Source of the DNA: Bacteroidaceae bacterium
Lineage (GTDB): Bacteria > Bacteroidota > Bacteroidia > Bacteroidales > Bacteroidaceae
NCBI GenBank assembly: GCA_045646845.1
Contig: JAZRLO010000008.1
Coordinates: 1,326-65,325, forward strand
Direction: 5' to 3'
Length of the DNA stretch: 64,000 nucleotides
The notes under the pieces are model-generated. The model was not told the origin of the DNA and did no database searches. It saw only the letters and a program-made list of their open reading frames with translations. The position numbers and the translations under genes were made by a program. Of this stretch, positions 9,760-16,846 are shown one piece after another. Each line of letters opens with the position of its first letter. Positions within the stretch are counted from its first letter, which is position 1.

Positions 9760-10166
9760 CGTGTAATAATCTTTTCTCTTAAAATTGTTGAAGATATTCC
9801 ATCGGTATGGTCCAAATATACAATTTCAACTCCTAGCGGCTTGAATTGTTCTTCGAACTTGTTCCAGGCATCTGTTCCTTTCCAATCGGAGCCGACGAAC
9901 ATTTTGTGGAATTTGTGTGTTTCCCAAGCTGCAAATTTGTTCTTGTCTATTTGGGGGACAACTTTGTCGACATACTTTATGGCCTCGACTATTTTACACC
10001 TGTTTTCAAATGGAATGATAGGTGTCTTGTTCTTTTCCTTTTGTACCAGTTCGTCTGTGCTTACGCCCACGATAAGAAAATCACATCGCTCTTTAGCTCT
10101 TCTTAAAATATTCAGGTGTCCGATATGAAACATATCGTATACTCCAGTTGTGTAACCTATTATCAT
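9756..10166 (-). CDS. tagD: Glycerol-3-phosphate cytidylyltransferase (TagD-like)
   Basis: HxGH motif in GYTTGVYDMFHIGHLNILRRAK, and HTDGISSTILREK (RTEGISTT-like). I moved the start to the ATG at 10166, because the track N-terminal extension overlaps wzx and has no homology sense. Confidence 0.85.
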   Translation of the reverse strand: MIIGYTTGVYDMFHIGHLNILRRAKERCDFLIVGVSTDELVQKEKNKTPIIPFENRCKIVEAIKYVDKVVPQIDKNKFAAWETHKFHKMFVGSDWKGTDAWNKFEEQFKPLGVEIVYLDHTDGISSTILREKIITR

Positions 10167-10174
10167 AGCTCTAA

Positions 10175-11719
10175 TTATTTGTTTGTTGTTTTTCTGATTT
10201 TTGATTTCACAAAATTGCCTAGAATGCTTTTTTCGGCTTTGCTTAATCCTGCTACATAGGTGCAGATTGCAGTAGACAGCAGTGAGACAAATACAATTAG
10301 TATGAATCTTGCTATTCCTGCATTCAAGCATAGGCGGAGCGTTAATGGTATAATGATACCTATTGCTGCAACCTTTATAAATGGGTAGAGAACCTTCTCG
10401 GTATATGCCTTATATGAAAACTCCGGTACTATTTTTTTTAGTATGATTATTGCAACAAGTTGTCTGATGCAATCTAGTAAAATTATTACAATAAAGGCTG
10501 TTTCTGGTATTTCAAATAAAAACAGACCAACTGATACGAAAATTATAGTAGAAAGGCTTATCACTCCTCCAGAAAGCTGATATGCTTTCATTATGCCCGA
10601 TGCATGCACTACGCCGGATGTGCAACTGTTCAGGTTGTTTAAATATGAATCAATGATTACAAGAATGATGATAGTGCCTGTGTGGGGAGGAATGTTGTTG
10701 CCAAGCCAAATGTTAAGGATGAAATCTATTTCTAGCATTACGGGCAATGATATGAATAACAAGAATAGACAGGTTGCTTTGCTAATTGTGTAAGTCAAAT
10801 TTAGCGTTCTGTCAATTCTTCCTTGTGCATACGATTTCATCACTTGTGGGCGGACGGGAGTAGTGATATTTGCGACAAAGCTTTGTAAACCGGAATTGAC
10901 TTGGTTTGCAATGCCGTATGAAGCATTGATTAGAGGACCGAAAAATAGATTGAGGACAAGGCTTGTTCCCTGGTATTTAAGCATATGCCCAAATGTTCCA
11001 AAAAGGTTCCATCCTGAAAAAGAGAGCATTCCTTTGAATAAATCCTTTTCAAAAGTGCGTTTTATCTTTATTTCCTCGAAATTCTTTTTTGCATATATTA
11101 TATATGCGAGAATGTCAATTGCGGCAATAGCAGCAATTAGAAAACCATATATAATCAATTTGTCGCCTCCTAAATATGGTATCAAAAAAGCTGCGGCAAG
11201 TGTAAGCACAGCGTTGAGTACGCTCATTAATGCGTAAAAACCAAATCTTTCGTGTGCTGCTATTGCGGCGCTGTAGGGTACTTGGAGAATGTGCAGGACT
11301 AGCGTAAACAATGAACTTTGGAAAACCCAATTGGCGGCAAGTAATCTGTCGGCCGGTATTACCATCTTTGTGTTCAAGTACCAGGTGCCGAATATCTCGG
11401 CCGGTATGATGATGATTAGTGCAAGCAGAATTTGTATTATAAGTGCTGTGTTGTATACCTTGTTGCTGCCGCTTGTCCCGTTCTTGCCTAGCTCGAAATT
11501 GAAAAAACGTTGAATACCGTTGGCTAATGAGGTTTTTAGGAAAAGAAACATAGCAACAAAACTTGCTACAGCGTTGTATACACCATAGTCCACAACGCCT
11601 AGAGCATCGAGTATTACTCTGGATGAATAGAATGTAATGCCTAAAACAATTACCATTCGTATTCCCATAAATAGTGTATTATTCGCTATGCGCTTGTTGT
11701 CTTGTGAGTTGTCGCTCAT
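10175..11719 (-). CDS. wzx: Wzx-type polysaccharide flippase (MOP superfamily)
   Basis: About 12-14 TM helices with a typical Wzx hydrophobicity pattern. I placed the start at MSDNSQDNK (11719); the track extension to 11863 runs into the repeat element. Confidence 0.8.
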   Translation of the reverse strand: MSDNSQDNKRIANNTLFMGIRMVIVLGITFYSSRVILDALGVVDYGVYNAVASFVAMFLFLKTSLANGIQRFFNFELGKNGTSGSNKVYNTALIIQILLALIIIIPAEIFGTWYLNTKMVIPADRLLAANWVFQSSLFTLVLHILQVPYSAAIAAHERFGFYALMSVLNAVLTLAAAFLIPYLGGDKLIIYGFLIAAIAAIDILAYIIYAKKNFEEIKIKRTFEKDLFKGMLSFSGWNLFGTFGHMLKYQGTSLVLNLFFGPLINASYGIANQVNSGLQSFVANITTPVRPQVMKSYAQGRIDRTLNLTYTISKATCLFLLFISLPVMLEIDFILNIWLGNNIPPHTGTIIILVIIDSYLNNLNSCTSGVVHASGIMKAYQLSGGVISLSTIIFVSVGLFLFEIPETAFIVIILLDCIRQLVAIIILKKIVPEFSYKAYTEKVLYPFIKVAAIGIIIPLTLRLCLNAGIARFILIVFVSLLSTAICTYVAGLSKAEKSILGNFVKSKIRKTTNK

Positions 11720-11866
11720 ATGTTTATTGAATAGGTTTGCTATTTGTTTTTCTTTTCCTCTCTTTTTGTTGAATGTAGCCGGCAGGGTGGTTGTGATACC
11801 CCAATAGTGCTTTATCTTTTTTTTGGGGCGGTGCACAAATTCAAAGTGCATCTTTCCCATCAATTG

Positions 11867-12030
11867 TCGTTTTTTCTTCTTTTTGTCCCCATAGGCTCAA
11901 CCAAGAGCCTATGGGGTGGGAAAAATCCCTGGTGTTTTTTGTGGTGGTATGTTCTTTTAGGTGAAAACGGAAAAGTGAAAACGGAAAGGTTTTAGGTGAA
12001 AACTTTTGGTCTTTCTTTTTCCTTGTTTAA
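11867..12030 (+). repeat. Direct repeat copy A (about 160 bp), partner at 13730-13878
   Basis: Hand alignment shows shared hairpins plus a T6 run, then TGTTTTTTGTGGTGGTATGTT..TTTTAGGTGAAAACGGAAAAGTGAAA ... GGTGAAAACTTTTGGTCTTTC. Copy A carries one 16-nt insertion relative to copy B. Confidence 0.8.
11960..12004 (+). repeat. Heptad array GGTGAAA-ACGGAAA-AGTGAAA-ACGGAAA-GGTTTTA-GGTGAAA
   Basis: 7-nt periodic NNNGAAA units read directly from the sequence. Confidence 0.7.
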
Positions 12031-12090
12031 ATATTCTGCGTATCACTTAGCAAAGGCTCTAAGACCGTTGCACAATGATATCGGTGGCTC

Positions 12091-13638
12091 TTATTGTTGT
12101 TCTATTATCCAGTTTTCTATATTGCGTGTGTCTCTTGAAACGTTTGCTCCAATTTTTATTATTGTCCTGTTGTTCTGCTCAAATGGGAGTGAGTACTCCT
12201 TGTTGTTTATCTGTTCCATTGCCTGTTGCGCAGTGCCCCCGAACTTGAGTTCTATTATATAAAGGTACTTTTCGGTTCCTACGAGCAGGTCAATGCGTCC
12301 GTTGATGGTGCGGTACTCGGCCTGTACATACAACCCCATGAGTTTGGTGATGATGTACATGACATTCTGGTAATGGTTCTCCAGTTCCTTTACCAATTCA
12401 TAGGGAGTACCAGCCATCAAACTCTGCAACTGATGCATGAAGTCATCGGCATTGCCTCCTCTTACGCTTGTTACAAATTTACTTATGATGGTTTGCGCCT
12501 GCTTCTCCTTGACTTTTGAATAGAACGGCAATAGGAAATTGATAAACCCGGCTTTAACTTCTTCGTTGGGGTAATTGAGTGTGTAAAGACCAAATTCTGT
12601 ATCATAATCAACAATGGTGAGGTAGCCGCTTTGGTAGAGTACTGGTATGGGGTCTATGTCATCGACATGTATGCTGTTCAACTGGTCTTCGCTGGCTACA
12701 TAGTCTGTAAGTTCCTCAATGTTGAAGTCGGCCTTCTTGATGAGCTCTACAAGGTAGGTGGGTGTGCCGGTGTTGAACCAGTAGCTGCCGTATCGTTTCT
12801 CGTTCAGTGTCCATAGGATACTGAATGGGTTATATATGCCATCGGTAGAGTGGCTGAAGTGGTAACCATCGTAGTTGCGCTTTAGTGTGGCATACGCTTC
12901 GTCCTTTGTCTGGCTGTTGCCATCGGCCAGCAATTGTATCTCGCTGTCGAATACATTGTGCAGTTCCTCTTCCGTTATTCCACAGATGTTGTGGAAACGT
13001 GGGCTCATTGAAATATCGTTAAGGTTGTTGAGGTCGCTGAATACGCTTACCTTGCCGAACTTAGTTACTCCGGTGAGGAGCGCGAACTTGAGGTCGGCAT
13101 CGGCACTCTTGAGCACTCCGTAGAATGCTTTGAGTGTGTTGCGGAACTCGTTTTGCAGCACCGGATTACCAATAGCCTGCAGAATGGGTTTGTCATACTC
13201 ATCGATGAGCACAACAGCATTGCGCCCTGTCTTGAGCTTTGCAGCGCGGATAACGGCGCGGAAGCGTCCCTCAATGCTGGTATCAACCGGCTTGCTATCG
13301 TATAAAGTCTCGTAGTTATAGAGCTGTGCATTGAGTATGTCGTAAAGGTCCTCAATCTTGTCGAACTTTTTCGCATTCAAATCCAAATGCAGCACCGGGT
13401 ATTCGAACCAGTCTTTTTCGAGTTGTTCAATGGCCAGGCCTTTGAACAGTTCTTTCTTGCCGGTGAAGTATGCTTCCAACGTTGATAGCAACAGACTTTT
13501 TCCGAACCTTCTGGGGCGGCTAAGGAAATAGACGCTTCCCTCTTTTACAAGCTTGTAAATGAGGGCTGTTTTGTCCACATATACGAATCCTTCGTTCCTC
13601 AGGTTCTCGAAATTCTGTTTGCCTATTGGGTATATCAT
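12091..13638 (-). CDS. AAA-ATPase-like / PD-(D/E)XK nuclease-family protein (Bacteroidales multicopy family)
   Basis: N-terminus MIYPIGKQNFENLRNEGFVYVDKT...RPRRFGKSLL (P-loop-like) and C-terminal YLYIIELKFGG block, typical of the AAA-ATPase_like plus PDDEXK_9 architecture. Confidence 0.85.
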   Translation of the reverse strand: MIYPIGKQNFENLRNEGFVYVDKTALIYKLVKEGSVYFLSRPRRFGKSLLLSTLEAYFTGKKELFKGLAIEQLEKDWFEYPVLHLDLNAKKFDKIEDLYDILNAQLYNYETLYDSKPVDTSIEGRFRAVIRAAKLKTGRNAVVLIDEYDKPILQAIGNPVLQNEFRNTLKAFYGVLKSADADLKFALLTGVTKFGKVSVFSDLNNLNDISMSPRFHNICGITEEELHNVFDSEIQLLADGNSQTKDEAYATLKRNYDGYHFSHSTDGIYNPFSILWTLNEKRYGSYWFNTGTPTYLVELIKKADFNIEELTDYVASEDQLNSIHVDDIDPIPVLYQSGYLTIVDYDTEFGLYTLNYPNEEVKAGFINFLLPFYSKVKEKQAQTIISKFVTSVRGGNADDFMHQLQSLMAGTPYELVKELENHYQNVMYIITKLMGLYVQAEYRTINGRIDLLVGTEKYLYIIELKFGGTAQQAMEQINNKEYSLPFEQNNRTIIKIGANVSRDTRNIENWIIEQQ

Positions 13639-13729
13639 ATTGCTTCTGTGAGGGTTGAAATGTGTCGGTTTGTTCTTTTCTTTACAGTGCCAAAGGGTTA
13701 AACTCCGGTTGTTGTTTCTCTATCAAGTG

Positions 13730-13878
13730 TCGTTTTATTTCTGCTTTTGCTCCCATAGGCCCGGTCAAGAGCCTATGGGACGGGAAATTCCCGTGTTTTT
13801 TGTGGTGGTATGTTTTTTAGGTGAAAACGGAAAAGTGAAAGGTGAAAACTTTTGGTCTTTCATTTTTCCTTTTGTTTG
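13730..13878 (+). repeat. Direct repeat copy B, partner at 11867-12030
   Basis: See copy A. The hairpin outer base pair differs in a compensatory way: TCCCATAGGC/GCCTATGGGA here versus CCCCATAGGCTC/GAGCCTATGGGG in copy A. Confidence 0.8.
13820..13849 (+). repeat. Heptad array GGTGAAA-ACGGAAA-AGTGAAA-GGTGAAA
   Basis: 7-nt periodic NNNGAAA units. Confidence 0.7.
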
Positions 13879-13922
13879 TTCTTCTGTTTTTGAGCTCGTT
13901 TTTTTAATGTTTATTCAATTTT

Positions 13923-13952
13923 GAGATTCCTCGCTCTGCGGCTCTGAATGAC
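13923..13952 (-). repeat. Short dispersed motif copy (GTCATTCAGAGCCGCAGAGCGAGGAATCTC)
   Basis: Member of the GTCATTCWGAGC..AGCGARGAATCT family, also seen at 37581, 39136, 40252 and 61893. Confidence 0.55.
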
Positions 13953-14050
13953 AAAATTTTCAGTCCATTTTCAGACCTCGGAATTCTTATTGAACGTTAA
14001 ACGGGGTTGCTTTGTTCTTTGTATAAAAAACCTTCAGGTACAATTCTTTA

Positions 14051-14058
14051 CAAAGATA
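14051..14058 (-). promoter_or_regulatory. Candidate -7 box (TATCTTTG) far upstream of the AAA-ATPase gene
   Basis: Matches TAnnTTTG but would give a leader of about 410 nt, so support is weak. Confidence 0.25.
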
Positions 14059-14221
14059 GGTAAAATGATTCAAAAATGCCAATTTATATAAATAAATTGC
14101 TATGTTTTTTGTGAATTTTACAAATTCTTCTCTGTGGCATACCGGGGTTGCCCGGAATGTAGTGCTCAGTTGCCAATTCCTGCGGTGTGGCTTGCGAGCT
14201 CGTTTCGGGAAATAAAACATA

Positions 14222-14246
14222 GGGAGCAGGCTTTTCGGCCTGTTCC
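14222..14246 (-). terminator. Putative terminator after ORF 14272-14526
   Basis: The minus strand reads GGAACAGGC-CGAAAA-GCCUGCUCC (one mismatch) followed by a U-rich tract. Confidence 0.5.
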
Positions 14247-14271
14247 TTACGTGTAACGGTGTACTGTATGG

Positions 14272-14526
14272 TCAGTTCTTGTAGTCGATGCCGTCTTCGG
14301 CTGCCATGGGGGTGATTTGCTCCGGTCCTTCTCCGTAGCAGCGCATCTCCTGTTGTCTCAGTCTGGCTTTTACGCTGTTGCGCAGGTCTATGAATTCCTG
14401 TGCTTCTTCCTCGTCGAATACATCACGGATTTCTTCATCGGTGTATGCGAGTGCTGCGGCCGCACCTGCGAGCATGTCTATGAGTACTTCAGGGTCTCTG
14501 AGTCTTCTTTTGATTTTTTCGTCCAT
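14272..14526 (-). CDS. Hypothetical small acidic protein (84 aa)
   Basis: ORF with backbone-like composition, followed by a terminator-like hairpin. I recognised no motif. Confidence 0.5.
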   Translation of the reverse strand: MDEKIKRRLRDPEVLIDMLAGAAAALAYTDEEIRDVFDEEEAQEFIDLRNSVKARLRQQEMRCYGEGPEQITPMAAEDGIDYKN

Positions 14527-14588
14527 TTGCTTTTGTTTTCTATTGTTTTTTTTGCGGTAGTTTGTGGTGGAGTTGCCGGTTTGTCTCT

Positions 14589-14864
14589 TTATCTGGTTTT
14601 TAACTTTTTTGTCTTTACACGGTGTTTCCTGCGCGATTCGTCGAGGTTGAATATGTGCTGCATTACATATGTTGCTGCAGCTGTGAATTTATGAAGGCCG
14701 AAGCTCTTCAGTAGTCTTGCGTGTTCTCTCCTCTCTTCTTCGGTCACCTCCTGCATTGTTACAAAGTAGTAGTCGAGAATCTGTCTTATTCCAATCCCCT
14801 CGAAGAACAGTTCCGTGACGGGTGTTCCGGTTGTAGTGTCGTTCGTGTGGCTCTCTGTCTGCAT
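14589..14864 (-). CDS. Hypothetical 91-aa protein; possibly a C-terminal fragment of an uncharacterised nucleotidyltransferase-family gene
   Basis: GIGIRQILDYYFV...LKSFGLHKFTAAATYVMQHIF resembles, from memory, the C-terminal region of Bacteroidales nucleotidyltransferase-family proteins that are normally about 350 aa. A TAnnTTTG box lies 21 nt upstream. Confidence 0.4.
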   Translation of the reverse strand: MQTESHTNDTTTGTPVTELFFEGIGIRQILDYYFVTMQEVTEEERREHARLLKSFGLHKFTAAATYVMQHIFNLDESRRKHRVKTKKLKTR

Positions 14865-14884
14865 CGCATGTAGTTTGTATTCTG

Positions 14885-14892
14885 CAAAAATA
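14885..14892 (-). promoter_or_regulatory. Candidate -7 box (TATTTTTG)
   Basis: TAnnTTTG match upstream of ORF 14589-14864. Confidence 0.35.
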
Positions 14893-14956
14893 CAAATCTA
14901 TTTGTTATTTCCTTTCTCTTTGCCCCGAATTATCATTTTTTATCATTTCATCGGGC

Positions 14957-15460
14957 TTATAGCCGGAACTCTTTGAGTTCTTTCTGCAGTATCAGGCGCG
15001 AAGCGTGAATGTGGTTCTTTACCGTGCATAGGGGTACCCTGTGCAGTTCTGCAATTTCGTTGTATCTGTAGCCTGCGATGTGCATCCTGAACATTGAACG
15101 GCAACTGTCGGGGAGTCTGCTTATAGCATCGTATATCCTGCCGATGTCGTAGTGGTTGACTATATCCTGTGTGTCGGCTCCTTCGCCGGCTGTGAAGTTT
15201 GTCTCCTGAATCTTCTCTATCAGTTCGCGCTCAAAGTTGTTTCTCTTGTGTGCATTGATGAAGGTGCGGTACATGATGGTAAATGTCCAGCCTTTGAAAT
15301 TCTTCTTTTCCTTGAAGGTGTGGAGCTTGTAGAGTGCTTTGAGTGTCGTTTCCTGCAAGAGGTCGTCGGCTTTCTCTTTGTCCAGCGTCAGACTGTATGC
15401 GTAGTATTTGAGATGCGGCTGCATCTCGACGATTTCTTTTGCCAGTTCTTCCGTTTCCAA
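14957..15460 (-). CDS. ECF-type RNA polymerase sigma-70 family factor
   Basis: Region 2 (ADDLLQETTLKALYKL...FKGWTFTIMYRTFINAHKR) and region 4 HTH (YNEIAELHRVPLCTVKNHIHASR). The track start is a TTG codon. The homology-bearing N-terminus argues against using the later ATG. Confidence 0.8.
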   Translation of the reverse strand: METEELAKEIVEMQPHLKYYAYSLTLDKEKADDLLQETTLKALYKLHTFKEKKNFKGWTFTIMYRTFINAHKRNNFERELIEKIQETNFTAGEGADTQDIVNHYDIGRIYDAISRLPDSCRSMFRMHIAGYRYNEIAELHRVPLCTVKNHIHASRLILQKELKEFRL

Positions 15461-15589
15461 TTCTGTTGTGTTTATGTGGTCTGAATTTTGCTTTGTGTAA
15501 ATAAAACAAATGGAGCGGAATTTTGTTTAAAGGGGATTTCGGGTTTTGTAATATTTGATGCTGTCATGCCGCATCGCGGCAGTGTCGGC

Positions 15590-16705
15590 TCATATGCCAA
15601 GCTCCACGGCAAGGCGTTCGGCGGAATGGCTGTCGCAGTATGTGTTGAAGAGAGCTAGATGCTCCTCTTTGAGCGCGTCAGGCTGTGAAATGAACGCTGT
15701 GAGCTTGTCGTATGTGTCAATGATGGTTCCGGGCAACTTTTCCTCTATTCTGTCGATAGTAAAGCCGCGCGATTCCCTGTATTGGGTAATGTCGTCCATT
15801 ACAAAACCTATGGGGCGTTTCAGTATGCAGTAGTCTATCCATACTGAACTGTAGTCGGTGAGCAGATAGTCGCAGGCGCCGAGTAGGGGGTAAAGCTGCT
15901 CTGTGAAATCCTGAGGTTTTATTATCAGCAGATTTCTGAATTCCCCGAAATCGACTTTTTGGAGCGCGTCCATCGGGTGAAGTTTCACGATAAGAAGGCG
16001 TTTTTCTTTGTGCAACCAGTTGTCGAGCCGTGTAAGTTCTTCCATTCCCAGAAACGATATTCCGTTGTCGTTGTATGTGCCGTCGCTCCTGATGTCCCCT
16101 ATGATTGAACAGCGGTAGGTGGGTAGCCATATTCCTATGGAGTTGTAGCTCGCGGTGTCGATATTCCTCGCTTTGAAGAACGTGGTAGGGCTGAACAGCA
16201 TGTCGTTGCGCGGCTGTCCTGTATGTAGCGTGTGTTTTATGTCTATATTGTTAAAAGATTTTGACATTATGTCTTGAAAGAACGGGCTTGTGGCTATAAG
16301 GTAGTCGGCTCGTGTGGGGTCTGTGCCCCCTCCGTTCTTGTCCATAAGGCCTATTACTTTCAAAGGCATTCCATGCCATAAATTTACGATTTTGTCCTTG
16401 CTGCGCAGGTGAACGAAGCTATAAAGGCCATGTGTGAAGAATACGTTCCTGGCGCGCGCAAAATAATAAAAAGATAATAATGAATATTTTTTACAAGCAT
16501 TTACGCCCGGGAACTTCTTCAACGACTCGGGGTTTTCGAAGATCCATATGTATTTGCATCTGTCGCTGTGTTTCTCCTTCAGGTAACGGTACATGGCATA
16601 CGAGTTGTCGCTGAAGTCGGGGTAACTGGCAAAGACGAAAATACTTTCCGACCTTGGGATGAGGTTGGAAAGCAGTGATATTATGGCGTGAAGGATTTTT
16701 TTCAT
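15590..16705 (-). CDS. Second TagF-family polyol-phosphate transferase-like protein
   Basis: Family blocks WLPTYR, VKLHPM and LLTDYSSVWIDY. Confidence 0.8.
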   Translation of the reverse strand: MKKILHAIISLLSNLIPRSESIFVFASYPDFSDNSYAMYRYLKEKHSDRCKYIWIFENPESLKKFPGVNACKKYSLLSFYYFARARNVFFTHGLYSFVHLRSKDKIVNLWHGMPLKVIGLMDKNGGGTDPTRADYLIATSPFFQDIMSKSFNNIDIKHTLHTGQPRNDMLFSPTTFFKARNIDTASYNSIGIWLPTYRCSIIGDIRSDGTYNDNGISFLGMEELTRLDNWLHKEKRLLIVKLHPMDALQKVDFGEFRNLLIIKPQDFTEQLYPLLGACDYLLTDYSSVWIDYCILKRPIGFVMDDITQYRESRGFTIDRIEEKLPGTIIDTYDKLTAFISQPDALKEEHLALFNTYCDSHSAERLAVELGI

Positions 16706-16742
16706 GGTTTATCGGTGCGGACGTGGTGGGTACTGCCGTTCA

Positions 16743-16750
16743 CAAATATA
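16743..16750 (-). promoter_or_regulatory. Candidate -7 box (TATATTTG)
   Basis: TAnnTTTG match 38 nt upstream of the ATG at 16705 and just downstream of a strong terminator. Confidence 0.4.
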
Positions 16751-16792
16751 CTACTATTATTCGTAATGGCAAATCCTTGTACGTTTGGTCGG

Positions 16793-16832
16793 TGGAAAAA
16801 CAGATAGCGGCTCAGTGGAGCCGCTATCTGTT
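16793..16832 (-). terminator. Rho-independent terminator inside the polysaccharide locus
   Basis: Perfect 15-bp stem AACAGATAGCGGCTC/GAGCCGCTATCTGTT with a 4-nt loop, followed on the minus strand by TTTTCC. It lies 15 nt after the stop at 16847. Confidence 0.8.
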
Positions 16833-16846
16833 CAGGGGATATTTAA

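Noticed and set aside
10167-10331. N-terminal ORF extensions in the track: 9756-10331, 10175-11863, 36820-37647, 37677-39050, 58848-59405 and 60296-60871.
   Set aside because: The extensions overlap upstream genes or repeats and carry no homology-like sequence. Internal ATGs give proteins with canonical N-termini (HxGH motif, signal peptide or lipobox, or known family start).
11744-11995. Track ORFs 11744-11995 and 13655-13924, which contain GENGKVK-type sequence reminiscent of the T9SS tail proteins.
   Set aside because: They are translations of the direct-repeat and heptad-array elements. They have no credible start context or domain. I treat them as non-coding repeats, while noting the resemblance in the heptad-array finding.
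11720-14270. A possible invertible (phase-variable) promoter of the kind known in Bacteroides capsule loci.
   Set aside because: The conspicuous repeats here are direct, not inverted. I found no flanking inverted-repeat pair and no recombinase gene in the window.
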